A stretch of 42,757 bases of DNA from Parafilimonas sp. (lineage in GTDB: Bacteria > Bacteroidota > Bacteroidia > Chitinophagales > Chitinophagaceae). The stretch is taken from the NCBI GenBank assembly GCA_040002335.1, contig JBDUEO010000001.1:1-42757 (forward strand), given 5' to 3'. The notes beneath the pieces were generated by a model. That model was not told the origin of the DNA. It searched no databases and worked only from the letters and a program-made list of their open reading frames with translations. A program made the position numbers and the translations under genes. How positions within the stretch are numbered: position 1 is the first letter of the stretch; each line of letters opens with the position of its first letter. This document shows, piece after piece, positions 7,279-18,406 of this stretch.

Positions 7279-9783
7279 ATGCCTGCAAACAATTTCGATA
7301 TAAAAGGATTGACAGATGAGCAGGTATTGCTTGCCAGGAAAGAATTTGGGCAAAATAAACTGCAGTATAAAGAAGAAAATAGTTTTATAGATGTAATAAA
7401 AGACCTGGCGAAAGAACCAATGATCATTTTATTATTGGTTGCTTCTCTTATTTATTTTGTAAGCGGGCAAACAGGTGATGGTATCTTTCTTTCATCGGCC
7501 ATTATTGTCGTTTCGGTTATATCGTTATTCCAGGATTCCAGGAGCAGGAATGCACTGCAGAAATTAAAAGACTTTTCGCAACCTAATTGTAAAGTGATCC
7601 GGAATGGGCAGACACAAGAAATAAAAAGCGAAGACCTGGTGGTAGGAGATAGTTTAATAGTAGAAGAAGGAACGTTGATCACTGCCGATGGGATCATTAT
7701 TCATTCCAATGATTTTTCGGTAAATGAATCTATTCTTACCGGGGAATCTTTCCCGGTTTTTAAAGACAAGGATAAAGAGGATAATTTAATTTTTAAAGGC
7801 ACGACGGTGGCGAGTGGTTTAGCCATTGTAACGGTTACGCATATTGGCAACAAAACCAAGCTGGGCAAAATTGGTGAAAGCCTGGAAAGCATTAAAGATG
7901 AAAAGACGCCGCTGGAAATTCAGATCAGCAATTTTGTAAAAAAGATGGTGATTGCCGGCGCTATAGTTTTTTTGGTAGTGTGGGGCATCAATTATTTTCA
8001 CTCGTACAATGTATTGGATAGTTTACTAAAAGCACTTACCCTGGCGATGAGTATTTTGCCCGAAGAAATTCCGATGGCATTTACAACTTTCATGGCTATT
8101 GGCGCCTGGCGCTTAATGAAATTAGGTGTGGTGGTAAAGCAAATGAAAACGGTGGAAACGCTTGGCTCTGCTACGGTTATCTGTACCGATAAAACGGGAA
8201 CGATCACTGAAAATAAAATGAGTCTGGCAAAATTATTTTCGTTGGCTTCTCATAGAATAGTAAATCCTGCGGAAGCAAATGAAGATGAAAAAGCTTTGCT
8301 CAGAATTGCGATGTGGGCAAGCGAGCCAATCCCTTTTGATCCGATGGAAATTGCCTTGCATAAGGCTTACGGTGATCTGCAAACAAAAGATGAGCGACCG
8401 GATTTTAAAATGATCCATGAATATCCATTGAGTGGAAAGCCACCCATGATGACGCATCTTTTTGAAAATACTTCAGGCCAAAGGATCATTGCTGCCAAAG
8501 GTGCGCCGGAAGCATTGATGAATGTAGCTGATCTGTCAAAAGAAGAAATTGAAAAAATTGAGAATGCCATACAAACCATTACTGCTGAAGGTTACCGGGT
8601 ATTAGGTGTAGGTGAAGCTGATTTTACTGGCACCGACTTTCCTGCAACACAACAGGAATTTAAATTTAAATTCAAAGGGATAGTAGCTTTTTATGATCCG
8701 CCAAAAGCAAATATAGGAAGCGTTTTAAATTCTTTTTACAAAGCTGGTATTGCAGTAAAAATAGTTACCGGCGACAATGCTGCAACTACAATAGCTATTG
8801 CCAAACAAATTGCATTTAAAGGAGTGGAAAATAGTTTGACAGGTGATGACCTGATGCAGTTATCGGATACTGAATTGCAGGGAAAAGTAATGCGGACAAA
8901 TATTTTTACCAGGATGTTTCCTGATGCAAAGCTGCGTATTATTACTGCATTAAAAGCGAACAACCAGGTAGTGGCAATGACAGGTGATGGTGTAAATGAC
9001 GGGCCGGCTTTAAAGGCAGCGCATATCGGTATTGCCATGGGTAAGAAGGGAACAGAGATTGCGAAAGAAGCGGCATCGATGATATTGTTGGAAGATGATC
9101 TATCGAAAATGGTAGATGCCGTTGCCATGGGAAGGAGAATTTATACAAATCTTAAAAAAGCAATTCAGTACATTATATCGATTCACATCCCGATCATTCT
9201 TACGGTTTTTATTCCGTTGGCATTGGGCTGGATCTATCCCAATATTTTATCGCCGGTGCATGTTATTTTTTTAGAATTAATAATGGGTCCAACCTGTTCT
9301 ATTATTTTTGAAAATGAACCCATGGAGAAGAATAGTATGTTGCAAAAGCCAAGGCCATTTACGGCATCTTTTTTTAATTGGAAAGAGCTAACAACAAGTT
9401 TAATACAGGGATTAGCCATTACTGCAGGCACCTTGTTTGTATATCAATATTCCGTTTACCAATCTTTCAGCGAAGCACATACACGGGCTATGGTATTCAC
9501 TGTGCTGATTGCCGCAAATATTTTTTTAACGCTTGTAAACCGTTCTTTTTATTATTCAATATTTACCACGATACGCTACAAAAATAATTTGATCTTACTC
9601 ATCATTGCCATTACAATTCTTATTACAGGTCTTTTATTATTTGTACCGGTATTGGCAAATTTCTTTCAGTTTGAAGTGATGAGTATTTCGCAATTATTTA
9701 CCTGTATTGTGATAGGATTTGTTTCGGTGATATGGTATGAGCTGGTAAAAATAAAAAATAGATTGAAAAGTAATGCCGGATAA
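7279..9783 (+). CDS. Cation-translocating P-type ATPase (type II, Ca2+-like)
   Basis: TGES, PEEIP, DKTGTIT phosphorylation motif, KGAPE, TGDN, GDGVND; multiple TM segments. Confidence 0.95.
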   Translation: MPANNFDIKGLTDEQVLLARKEFGQNKLQYKEENSFIDVIKDLAKEPMIILLLVASLIYFVSGQTGDGIFLSSAIIVVSVISLFQDSRSRNALQKLKDFSQPNCKVIRNGQTQEIKSEDLVVGDSLIVEEGTLITADGIIIHSNDFSVNESILTGESFPVFKDKDKEDNLIFKGTTVASGLAIVTVTHIGNKTKLGKIGESLESIKDEKTPLEIQISNFVKKMVIAGAIVFLVVWGINYFHSYNVLDSLLKALTLAMSILPEEIPMAFTTFMAIGAWRLMKLGVVVKQMKTVETLGSATVICTDKTGTITENKMSLAKLFSLASHRIVNPAEANEDEKALLRIAMWASEPIPFDPMEIALHKAYGDLQTKDERPDFKMIHEYPLSGKPPMMTHLFENTSGQRIIAAKGAPEALMNVADLSKEEIEKIENAIQTITAEGYRVLGVGEADFTGTDFPATQQEFKFKFKGIVAFYDPPKANIGSVLNSFYKAGIAVKIVTGDNAATTIAIAKQIAFKGVENSLTGDDLMQLSDTELQGKVMRTNIFTRMFPDAKLRIITALKANNQVVAMTGDGVNDGPALKAAHIGIAMGKKGTEIAKEAASMILLEDDLSKMVDAVAMGRRIYTNLKKAIQYIISIHIPIILTVFIPLALGWIYPNILSPVHVIFLELIMGPTCSIIFENEPMEKNSMLQKPRPFTASFFNWKELTTSLIQGLAITAGTLFVYQYSVYQSFSEAHTRAMVFTVLIAANIFLTLVNRSFYYSIFTTIRYKNNLILLIIAITILITGLLLFVPVLANFFQFEVMSISQLFTCIVIGFVSVIWYELVKIKNRLKSNAG

Positions 9784-9870
9784 AAAGGGCAGCTGCTAAC
9801 TGCCACAATACATCAAACCCGGGCTCTATTTTTGTATCAAATTATTAAAGAACAGATTAATAAACAATAA

Positions 9871-10854
9871 ATGAAAGCATTACAGTTAGTAAAATACGGT
9901 GACATTAAAGATAGTTTGGCATTTAATGAGGTGAGCGAACCGGCTATTCAGGCGAATGATGTTATGATTGAAATTAAGGCAGCGGCAATTAATCCAATAG
10001 ACAAGGGTATCGTGGCGGGAAACCTGCAACGCATACTTGCGCTTCAGTTACCTGCAACGCTTGGGTATGATGTAAGCGGAATTGTGGTAGAAAAAGGTGA
10101 TGAAGTAAATAATTTTGAAGTTGGTGACTTAGTATATTCAAGAGTGCCGCAGGAACAAATGGGTACACTTGCTGAGTATGTTGCTGTAAGTAGTTACGCA
10201 GTATCAAAAAAGCCTGCAAACATTTCTTTTGAAGAAGCTGCCGGTTTACCATTGGCAGGGCTTACAGCTTTACAATCTTTAGAAGCTGCGGGCCTAAAGA
10301 AAAATGATAAAGTGCTTATCCACGCCGGCTCCGGCGGTGTAGGAAGTTTCGCCATTCAGTATGCCAAAAATAAAGGAGCTTATGTTTATACGACCACTGG
10401 CACTGACAATGTAAAATGGGTTAAAGAGCTCGGTGCAGACAGTGTAATTGATTACAAAACAGAGGACTATAAAACCATAGTAAAAGATGCAGATATTGTA
10501 TTTGATACACTTGGGAAAAATTATACTTTAGAAGCGTTTAAGGTGATTAAGCAAGGCGGAAAAGTAGTGAGCGTTATGGGTTCTATGGACGAGGAAGCCG
10601 CTAAAAAGTTCGGGATGGCCAACTACAAAATGCCGGAAGAATTATCTAAATTAATTGCAGGTAAAGATGCACTTTACAAATATATATGGATGCATCCGGA
10701 CGGAATGCAATTAGATCAAATTAAAACATTGATAGAAGATGAAAAAATTAAACCAGTCATTGATAAAATCTATTCCTTCTCTGAAAGTATTGAGGCATTG
10801 TTACACCTGGCTTCAGGCAAAGCAAAAGGCAAAATTATAATAAAGATCAAATAA
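9871..10854 (+). CDS. NADP-dependent oxidoreductase, MDR/quinone oxidoreductase family
   Basis: AAAINPID, LGYDVSG, LIHAGSGGVGSFAIQYAK, GKAKGKIII. Confidence 0.92.
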   Translation: MKALQLVKYGDIKDSLAFNEVSEPAIQANDVMIEIKAAAINPIDKGIVAGNLQRILALQLPATLGYDVSGIVVEKGDEVNNFEVGDLVYSRVPQEQMGTLAEYVAVSSYAVSKKPANISFEEAAGLPLAGLTALQSLEAAGLKKNDKVLIHAGSGGVGSFAIQYAKNKGAYVYTTTGTDNVKWVKELGADSVIDYKTEDYKTIVKDADIVFDTLGKNYTLEAFKVIKQGGKVVSVMGSMDEEAAKKFGMANYKMPEELSKLIAGKDALYKYIWMHPDGMQLDQIKTLIEDEKIKPVIDKIYSFSESIEALLHLASGKAKGKIIIKIK

Positions 10855-11253
10855 ACTATTTACAATAATCAGTCAACGTTTTATCAACATCTCCAGTAAA
10901 AAATAAATAATAAACAACCAAAATATGCTCTTTCGGAAATCGGGAAAATAGAGAATAGACAGTATTTGGTACAAACATCCGTTATTATCATTTTAGTGAT
11001 TTTTTTTGACGTGTTTCCGATTATGGAACGTTTAAGAACATGAGCGTTTTCCATAGAAAAAAAGAAATAAAATCATAAATTCCTATTGCATTTGCGCTAT
11101 CACTCCGGCATCCCTTTTTTTAAAGCTTTAAGAGTCAGTAATTCAAAAATTTTTGAATAAAATGTGTTACGTATTTTAGCGTGGGCATAAACGTTGGTTG
11201 GCAACTAAATTTGCCATTTAAAATAACAAACTTCATTTAAAAAATAGTATGAA

Positions 11254-11643
11254 ATGAATACAAAGTATTTAATGATTGCAAGTTCAATATTTATGGGTCT
11301 TCCTGGGCTCTCTGCAACTTTTTTGCCTAATGAGATTTTAAATTACGTTGGCCTGAATTCATCCGTTTTATCAACTTTATTAATACAAATTACAGGTGCA
11401 TTATATGTTGGCTTCGGGTTAATGAATTGGATGGCAAAGACAGTTTTAATCGGAGGCATTTATTCAAAACCACTTTGCATGGGCAATTTTTTACATTTTA
11501 CTGTAGCAGCACTTGCCCTTATAAAAGCAGCGTTTAAACACCTTGATGTAAAATTTATTTTGATTGCTGCAATAGCTTATTCAATTTTTGCAATTTTATT
11601 TGGACTTGTTTTATTTACGAGCCCTAAACAAACTAATAGATAA
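11254..11643 (+). CDS. Hypothetical 4-TM membrane protein
   Basis: 129 aa, four hydrophobic segments, NWMAK...IGGIYSKP motif. Confidence 0.75.
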   Translation: MNTKYLMIASSIFMGLPGLSATFLPNEILNYVGLNSSVLSTLLIQITGALYVGFGLMNWMAKTVLIGGIYSKPLCMGNFLHFTVAALALIKAAFKHLDVKFILIAAIAYSIFAILFGLVLFTSPKQTNR

Positions 11644-11828
11644 TTCACTATTTTAAGTTTAATACATCAAACCCGCTTATAAGAAAGCTGTTGAAATAGA
11701 ATATGCTTTTTTATTTTATAAAATTCAGGGTTGACAGATAGCATCGGCAACTATTACACAACATTGGTCAGCAACATATCAATTGAATGCAATGCTATTT
11801 CCTTTCAATAATATGCCTCTTACAGAAA

Positions 11829-13133
11829 TCACTGTTTTGCCATCATATAAAACATAGCGATGGCTGCAGAAGCCATTCCCAAAAAGGTAGTCCATAATAT
11901 TATTTTTGAAAGTACACCGCTTTTATATTCACCCATGATCTTATTATTTGCCGATATTTTTATGATAAGAAAAATGAGTGGCACCGCCGCCACGCCATTT
12001 AAAACTGCAGCATATACAAGTGCTTTTACAGGATTTATGCCTATAAAATTGATAACTAAACCAATGATTGTCGCAACCGTTATGATGCCATAGAATCCAT
12101 GGGCTTTTTTTAGTTTTAAATTCAAACCTGATTCCCAGTTTACAGCTTCTGAAACAGCATAGGCAGCCGAACCAGAAAGAACAGGAACTGCTAAAAACCC
12201 TAATCCTATTATTCCAACAGAAAAAATAACCTTGGATAAATAACCTGAATGCGGAAAGGAATGTACCAATGGTTCCAATGCTTTTGCGGCATCGGCAGCG
12301 GTCTTTATATCAGTTACACCGCTGTTATGCAATATTGTTCCTGCAACCACTAATATGCTCCATGTTGTAATTTCAGAAATGATCATTCCAACATTATTGT
12401 CAATTCTCATAGAGCGGATATTGCTTTTTCGGATAGAAGGAATGCCATTTTTCAACCACTTTTTTTCTTTTACTTCCTCTACTTCCTGCGATGTTTCCCA
12501 GAAAAACATGTAAGGAGAAATAGTAGTACCTAAAACACCGGTGATTATAAAAAAGAAAGCAAAGCTGAATTCGATATGCGGGATAAAAGTGGCCTTTAAA
12601 ACCGTAAGCCAGGGCATCTTCACAATAAAAACGGTAATGGGATATGCCAATAAAGAAAGTGCCAGCCATTTTAATATGCGGGCATATACTTTATAACTGG
12701 TAAATATCTCCAATACCAAAATAATTGCAGTAAAAAATAATGTCCATATTACAAATGGCAATGGCATTAGTAAGTTAGCGGCTGCGGCCATAGCCCCCAG
12801 ATCTGCACCTATATTAATTACATTAGCAATTAGCACAAGCGCGACTACTGAATAAAGTATTTTAGCATTGTAATGTTGTTTCACAATTGCAGTTATTCCT
12901 TTGCCGGTTACCATGCCTATTCTTGCGCACGCTTCCTGCACGCCTATCATAAAAGGAAGCATATACAATGCTGTCCATAATTGTCCATAGCCAAACTGTG
13001 CGCCGGTTTGGGAATAAGTGGCAATGCCGGAAGGGTCATCATCTGCTGCTCCGGTAATAAGTCCGGGTCCAAGAACGGAAAAAAATTTCAGGAACTTATT
13101 CCGTTTTGGTTTAGGTTTTTTTTCCTCCTCCAT
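11829..13133 (-). CDS. Nramp-related divalent metal transporter
   Basis: LGPGLITGAADDDPSGIATYSQTGAQFG and GTTISPYMFFW; ~11 TM segments. Confidence 0.9.
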   Translation of the reverse strand: MEEEKKPKPKRNKFLKFFSVLGPGLITGAADDDPSGIATYSQTGAQFGYGQLWTALYMLPFMIGVQEACARIGMVTGKGITAIVKQHYNAKILYSVVALVLIANVINIGADLGAMAAAANLLMPLPFVIWTLFFTAIILVLEIFTSYKVYARILKWLALSLLAYPITVFIVKMPWLTVLKATFIPHIEFSFAFFFIITGVLGTTISPYMFFWETSQEVEEVKEKKWLKNGIPSIRKSNIRSMRIDNNVGMIISEITTWSILVVAGTILHNSGVTDIKTAADAAKALEPLVHSFPHSGYLSKVIFSVGIIGLGFLAVPVLSGSAAYAVSEAVNWESGLNLKLKKAHGFYGIITVATIIGLVINFIGINPVKALVYAAVLNGVAAVPLIFLIIKISANNKIMGEYKSGVLSKIILWTTFLGMASAAIAMFYMMAKQ

Positions 13134-13478
13134 CTTTATAGATTGAGCACGTAAGATAATTATTTAGCAGAGTTATTTTGATGACGTTTCGATTGTATAA
13201 ATGTATATTCTTTGAAAGTATTTTTACGAATGGCCTGCTCTGCCAGGCATTATCGCAGCACACATAAGAAATAAATAAAAGCCACGCTTTGACAGGAGCA
13301 TGAATCATTGCAGCCGCAATATATATTTTCAAATAAAAAAAGAAAAATGCGCCTATTAATAAATGGAAAAGCAAATTCATAAATTGAAATCAGTAATTAT
13401 GATTTTAGATTGAAAATATTTAATGTTTCAAACTAAATGTTACATTACTCAGAATCTTAACAGACCGCAATTATAAAA

Positions 13479-14168
13479 ATGGAACTATACGGGCAACAAA
13501 GCAAAAGCATTCCGCAAAAAATTATAATTCATATAATCGAAATCGTTTTTATAATTATATCATATTGGATATTATTTAAGAGCGGAGGTAAGTGGGTTGA
13601 CAGGCATTTACACATAAGAAATTCCGCAGGTAATATTGACCGGAGAATAATTATTTTTGCTTTTACTATCATCATATTTATTCGGCTTGCTTACATGATG
13701 TTTTTTTTATTAAAAAGAAAAATACCCTGGGCAGAAAGTATAAATATTCCATTTGCGTTCGCCCTTTATTTTGTTGGATTTCCATTATTTGTTTTACCTG
13801 TGTCACAACCTATTGACGGGCTTGACTATTTTGCAATCGTTTTGTTTTTAACCGGCTGTTTTCTAAATAGCGGAGGAGAAATATTAAGAGCTAAATGGAA
13901 AAAAGATCCTGAGAATGCAGGAAAAATATATACTCAAGGATTTTTCAACTATTCAAGACACATTAATTATTTTGGAGACATTTTATGGGTTACAGCCTAC
14001 GCAATAATTACAAAAAATTGGTATTCCATAACAGTTCCAGTTTTTTTATTCTGCTTTTTTGCATTTTATAACGCACCAAAACTTGACAAATATCTTAAAG
14101 AAAAATACGGCAGTTCGTATGAAGATTATGCCAAAAAAACAAAAATGCTATTACCATATATTTTTTGA
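13479..14168 (+). CDS. DUF1295 (steroid 5-alpha-reductase/ICMT-like) membrane protein
   Basis: GKIYTQGFFNYSRHINYFGDILW, YEDYAKKTKMLLPYIF. Confidence 0.85.
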   Translation: MELYGQQSKSIPQKIIIHIIEIVFIIISYWILFKSGGKWVDRHLHIRNSAGNIDRRIIIFAFTIIIFIRLAYMMFFLLKRKIPWAESINIPFAFALYFVGFPLFVLPVSQPIDGLDYFAIVLFLTGCFLNSGGEILRAKWKKDPENAGKIYTQGFFNYSRHINYFGDILWVTAYAIITKNWYSITVPVFLFCFFAFYNAPKLDKYLKEKYGSSYEDYAKKTKMLLPYIF

Positions 14169-14345
14169 AAGGCTACATGCAACAAGCGTAACGGTTACGC
14201 AATAACATTCTATTAAAAAAGATTAACAAATAAATTATTCATCCTGATCAACAATAAATATCTGAAGTTGATAAATTCTTTGGCTGAAGCACTGCAAAAA
14301 ATTACTTAAGCTCCGCAATATCAATAAATGATATTCATTCTTTAG

Positions 14346-14723
14346 TTAATGATCAAGGAAAATCTTTTTTAGGCTTGCAATTAATTCAGATGTATCAGCC
14401 GTTTTGTTCAAACATAAGTCTGCGCCTTTCTCAAGCACTTCTGCCTGTATGCTGTTATTAAATATATCTGAATAAGCGATAAGGCGTGCGCTTTTTAAGT
14501 TAGTGATATTTCTTATGCGTTTAAAACATCCAAGTTCATTCAAAGCGGAGATATTTATAAAAATATAATCAGGAATTGCTTTGCGCAAAAGCCTTATTGC
14601 CTGGTCAACACTTTTTATAAACCTGCAAGTGTATTGAATGTCTAAGTTATTTAAGGCGAGTGAAAAAACATCGTGGTCGCGCCTGTTGTCATCAATCATC
14701 ACAATGGTAATCTCGTTCTGCAT
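14346..14723 (-). CDS. Stand-alone receiver domain, atypical
   Basis: IVMIDDN...PDYIFIN...GADLCLNK; the phospho-acceptor position reads Asn. Confidence 0.75.
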   Translation of the reverse strand: MQNEITIVMIDDNRRDHDVFSLALNNLDIQYTCRFIKSVDQAIRLLRKAIPDYIFINISALNELGCFKRIRNITNLKSARLIAYSDIFNNSIQAEVLEKGADLCLNKTADTSELIASLKKIFLDH

Positions 14724-15320
14724 TTTCAATGTTTTAAACTACACCCTTTTATTCCGTTCGGTTAATTTACTGTCAAAAAAATCGTAATTATTACTTTTTT
14801 TTACATCACATGGCTTTGCTGAACTCTCAGCTTTATGGCTTCTCACTTTCTCATCTTTACCTCCACATGGGCCTTTATGAATTTCCTTTTCACCAGCAAT
14901 TTTTTGCATCAGGGTTTCTGTTTTTCGTATTTTCCATAATGTTACGGTTTAGTATTTTAAACATCAAACCTTATGCCCTAAAAGCAAAATCAATTGCTGC
15001 ATGTGCGCTGTTGTAAATTAATTTATTGTAGTTTGTTAAGAACTGGAAAACGGAAATGCGAAGCGTTTGCATTTTATCAAATACTGGTTTAGAAATGTTT
15101 GAAAAAAACTATTAGCATTTGTTTAATAACTAACCCAAGTTTTGAATTTTGGGCATATTGAAAGATAAATGGCAAAAGGTTTGTGTTTAATCTTAATTTG
15201 TAAAAGACCTTTGGTAAAAGCCAAAATTCTATATTAATGTTCATCCCAATGCTAAGACATTGGGTTAATAAATTTTATTGCAAACTCACGTTTAATTAAG
15301 AATTATTTAATATAAAACAA

Positions 15321-18215
15321 TTAATCATCATACCCAACCTGTAATAAAAAATCGAAGAGATTTGTTTCGGTTGGAATTTGCAATTTCTTTCTTAACCGAT
15401 AGCGGCTTATCTCAACACCGCGCACAGAAATATTTTCCAGTTGTGCAATTTCTTTGCTTGATAAATTCATGCGCAGGTAAGCGCACAATTTTAAATCATG
15501 CGCACTTACATTAGAATATTTTTGTTTCAGCACTCTTAAAAAACCCGAGTGCACAGAATCAAAATGTACAGCAAATTGTTCCCAGTCTTTATCAAGTTTT
15601 GCCTCTTCTTTTAGAACGCGTATTAATTTTTTTACATCATCAGAAGATGTTATAGCGGATGTTTTTCTAATCCTGATCAATTCATCTTTAATATTCTCCA
15701 GCAAATCTCCTTTTTGCATTAAATGCATTGAAGTAGATGCAAGTTCTGAGTTCTTATATTCAAGTTCTGTTTCTAATTTTTCATTTTTTAATTTAACGAT
15801 TTCGTTTTCAGATTTTTCAATTTCAAGCTGATGTAAATACCGCAATTGTCTTTGTTCTTCTTCATGTTTTACTTGCTGGCGTGCTAACATTTTTTGTTGC
15901 ATGCGATGCACTTTGTAAATGATGAAACATGCAATTAAAATATATAAAATATAAGCCAGCGTTGTTTGATACCAGGCTGGCAACACAACAAATTGATATC
16001 TGCTTATTGCAGATTCACTACTCAAATTATTTTTGGCTTTAACCTGGAACGAGTAATTGCCCGCAGGTAAATTGGTATAATCTTTCTCTGCTTTTTTTGA
16101 CCATGCAGACCAATTTTTATCAAATCCTTTTAGCCAATAACTGTACTCCAAATTTTTCTGGCTTTCATAAAAAGGAGACGAATATTCAAAGTGAACAGAG
16201 TTCCATTTGTTAGCAAGATTTGGTATTTTATCAGCAGTTTGTTTTGCAGTTGTATTTACGTCGCCATAATAACCGCCAAACAATAAACTATCTGTTTTTC
16301 CGAAAGCTTTTACTGAGCTTATTTTTACCTCAGTTGAATAATTATTCTGTTTATATTCTTTATAATTGATATGATAAAATCCTTTTTCAGCACCAACAAA
16401 AATATTATAGTCATCGTACGGATAAATGTATTCGAAACCTTTTACCATTTTATCATTCAACTCAGGAAAATAAATAAGCGCTGGTTTGTCTTTCGAAAAA
16501 TCAATAACACCTAAATTTTTATCTTCAATAAACCAGATATTTCCCTTTTGATCTTCTTTTAAATACCTTATATTTTTATCAGCCAAAAACTGGTTATAAA
16601 AAGCCGATGGCTGAAAGCGATCTGTTTTATTATTGTATTCATACACGCCTTTTTCAGTAGTAATAACAACATGGTTTTTTATTTTAAACAGATGATTATT
16701 TAAAAAAGACGGCAACCCGTTTACGTTAGTATATAATTTTATTTTTGGTTTGGATTGATTAGAAATATCAACGCTGTAAACGCCTCGGTATGGATGTGCT
16801 ACCCAAATTATGTTTTTGTTGTCAATGGCTATAAACTGGCAATATTCGTTAAAGCCGGCAAGTTTATCTTTTAAAATAAATGTATTGTTTTTATAATCAA
16901 AAAAGTTAAGCCCGCTTTCGCTGCCGCCAATAATTAGCGACGAAGGCTGCACGCTGTAATAAGGAATAAAATTAAAATAACTCTGGTGCGCATCTATTGA
17001 TGTTGCAGTATTACCATTTATTTTAAACGCACCATCATGATGACCAAATAACAAGTTATTATTTACATTGAATAAAGCGAATGCAGAGCCTTTTGTATCA
17101 GCGATTGGAATAAATTCGCCGTTGCAATAACTTAAATCTTTTTTATTTGACAGCGCAACTTTATACAAGCCATTCGAAGTACCAACATACAAATCGTTTT
17201 TAAAAATTAAAGCCGTATAACCTTCACCTTCATTTAATTTTTCAGGATAAATATGTTTGATAGCGTTGTTGTATGCGATGAAATCGATTCCATCATCCAG
17301 GCCAATCCATAAATTTTTTCTGGCATCTTCAAACAAATAAAGAATGTTGTTTATCTGCAAACCTTCTTTGCGCGAAATATTTTGTATTATTTCTCCTTGT
17401 TTATTAATAATATAAAAACCGGCAAGGTTTGTTCCAACCGCAATTTTATCATCGCTTATTGCCGTTGCCGTTAATATGCGTTGGTTTACAAAAGGGTTTT
17501 GATCTTTAAAATGAAAATCTGAAAGCTTGTTATTTGAAAGAATATAAAAGCCTGTATTGATGGTTGTAATAAGCGCGCTGTCTTTGCCAATGGGCAAAAC
17601 AGCGCTTATAATAAATTTAGGCGATGGTTTAAAATCATTAATAAAAGGTTGCCATAAACCATTGCTAAACTGAAGTATATTATTCTCATCCTGTGCAATT
17701 AATATTTTATTTGCAATGCCTAAATATTGCCATCCGGATGTTGATGGATAAACTGAAACAGTATAATTATCCCACTGATAAATTTTTTCTTTTGACCTGA
17801 AAAAAATATTGTTACCAAATGCAACAGTGTTCCATATATCTGTGCAATAAAAATCTTTTTTGGGTAAAAATGTTTTTAAAGATTTGAAGATGAGCTTGCC
17901 ATTTTCATCGGGCGAAAAATATCCAAAATCATCCTGGCCTCCGGCATATATTTTATTATCTTCTCCAATGGCAAGTGAACGAATAATGGTTTTATTTGGA
18001 AGCGTATATGTTTTCCAGTAAGTGCCGTCAAAACTTAATAAACCTTCCTGGTTGGCAAAATAAATAATGCCATTTTTATCCTGAACAATACAGCGGTTTT
18101 GTGTGCCTGCATTGTAAGCATCTTTAGAATAATTTATTATATCAGGTATGCCAATTGTGTTTTGAGAATACGTATTAACTGCAAAAAATAAAACAAAAAT
18201 CAACACTGGTTTCAT
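15321..18215 (-). CDS. One-component PUL regulator: periplasmic beta-propeller + Y_Y_Y domain, TM, coiled coil, LuxR-type HTH
   Basis: Signal peptide; YSYWLKGFDKNWS...YTNLPAGNYSFQVKA; PAWYQT-TM; LCAYLRMNLSSKEIAQLENISVRGVEISRYRLRKKL. Confidence 0.9.
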   Translation of the reverse strand: MKPVLIFVLFFAVNTYSQNTIGIPDIINYSKDAYNAGTQNRCIVQDKNGIIYFANQEGLLSFDGTYWKTYTLPNKTIIRSLAIGEDNKIYAGGQDDFGYFSPDENGKLIFKSLKTFLPKKDFYCTDIWNTVAFGNNIFFRSKEKIYQWDNYTVSVYPSTSGWQYLGIANKILIAQDENNILQFSNGLWQPFINDFKPSPKFIISAVLPIGKDSALITTINTGFYILSNNKLSDFHFKDQNPFVNQRILTATAISDDKIAVGTNLAGFYIINKQGEIIQNISRKEGLQINNILYLFEDARKNLWIGLDDGIDFIAYNNAIKHIYPEKLNEGEGYTALIFKNDLYVGTSNGLYKVALSNKKDLSYCNGEFIPIADTKGSAFALFNVNNNLLFGHHDGAFKINGNTATSIDAHQSYFNFIPYYSVQPSSLIIGGSESGLNFFDYKNNTFILKDKLAGFNEYCQFIAIDNKNIIWVAHPYRGVYSVDISNQSKPKIKLYTNVNGLPSFLNNHLFKIKNHVVITTEKGVYEYNNKTDRFQPSAFYNQFLADKNIRYLKEDQKGNIWFIEDKNLGVIDFSKDKPALIYFPELNDKMVKGFEYIYPYDDYNIFVGAEKGFYHINYKEYKQNNYSTEVKISSVKAFGKTDSLLFGGYYGDVNTTAKQTADKIPNLANKWNSVHFEYSSPFYESQKNLEYSYWLKGFDKNWSAWSKKAEKDYTNLPAGNYSFQVKAKNNLSSESAISRYQFVVLPAWYQTTLAYILYILIACFIIYKVHRMQQKMLARQQVKHEEEQRQLRYLHQLEIEKSENEIVKLKNEKLETELEYKNSELASTSMHLMQKGDLLENIKDELIRIRKTSAITSSDDVKKLIRVLKEEAKLDKDWEQFAVHFDSVHSGFLRVLKQKYSNVSAHDLKLCAYLRMNLSSKEIAQLENISVRGVEISRYRLRKKLQIPTETNLFDFLLQVGYDD

Positions 18216-18350
18216 ACGGCAAATTATTAAGTAATAATTTAAAATCAGGCTGCATTAATCAACAAAAAATAATAGTAATAGTATTGCTTATGTGGTAAAA
18301 ATAATGCTATGTTGCCAGTTTCTTTAAATGCAGTTTATCAACCATTAATT

Positions 18351-18378
18351 AAAAAAGCAGGGCATAGAAATACCCTGC
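18351..18378 (-). terminator. Intrinsic terminator after susD
   Basis: GCAGGG-N10-CCCTGC preceded by A6 on + strand. Confidence 0.65.
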
Positions 18379-18406
18379 ATGTTGCTTGTATTATTGAATA
18401 CACCTC

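Noticed and set aside
6650-14200. Possible attC-like cassette ends (GCTGCTAAC at ~9792, CGTTGGTTGGCAA at ~11192, similar stubs after stops at 6656 and 14168)
   Set aside because: Cores deviate from RYYYAAC/GTTRRRY, I could not pair arms into complete hairpins, and no integrase is present; at most eroded remnants.
14740-15016. Small ORFs at 14810-15016 (+) and a frameshifted minus-strand MENTK.../MQKIAGEKEIHKGPCGGKDEK frame
   Set aside because: No recognisable family; cannot decide which, if any, is real.
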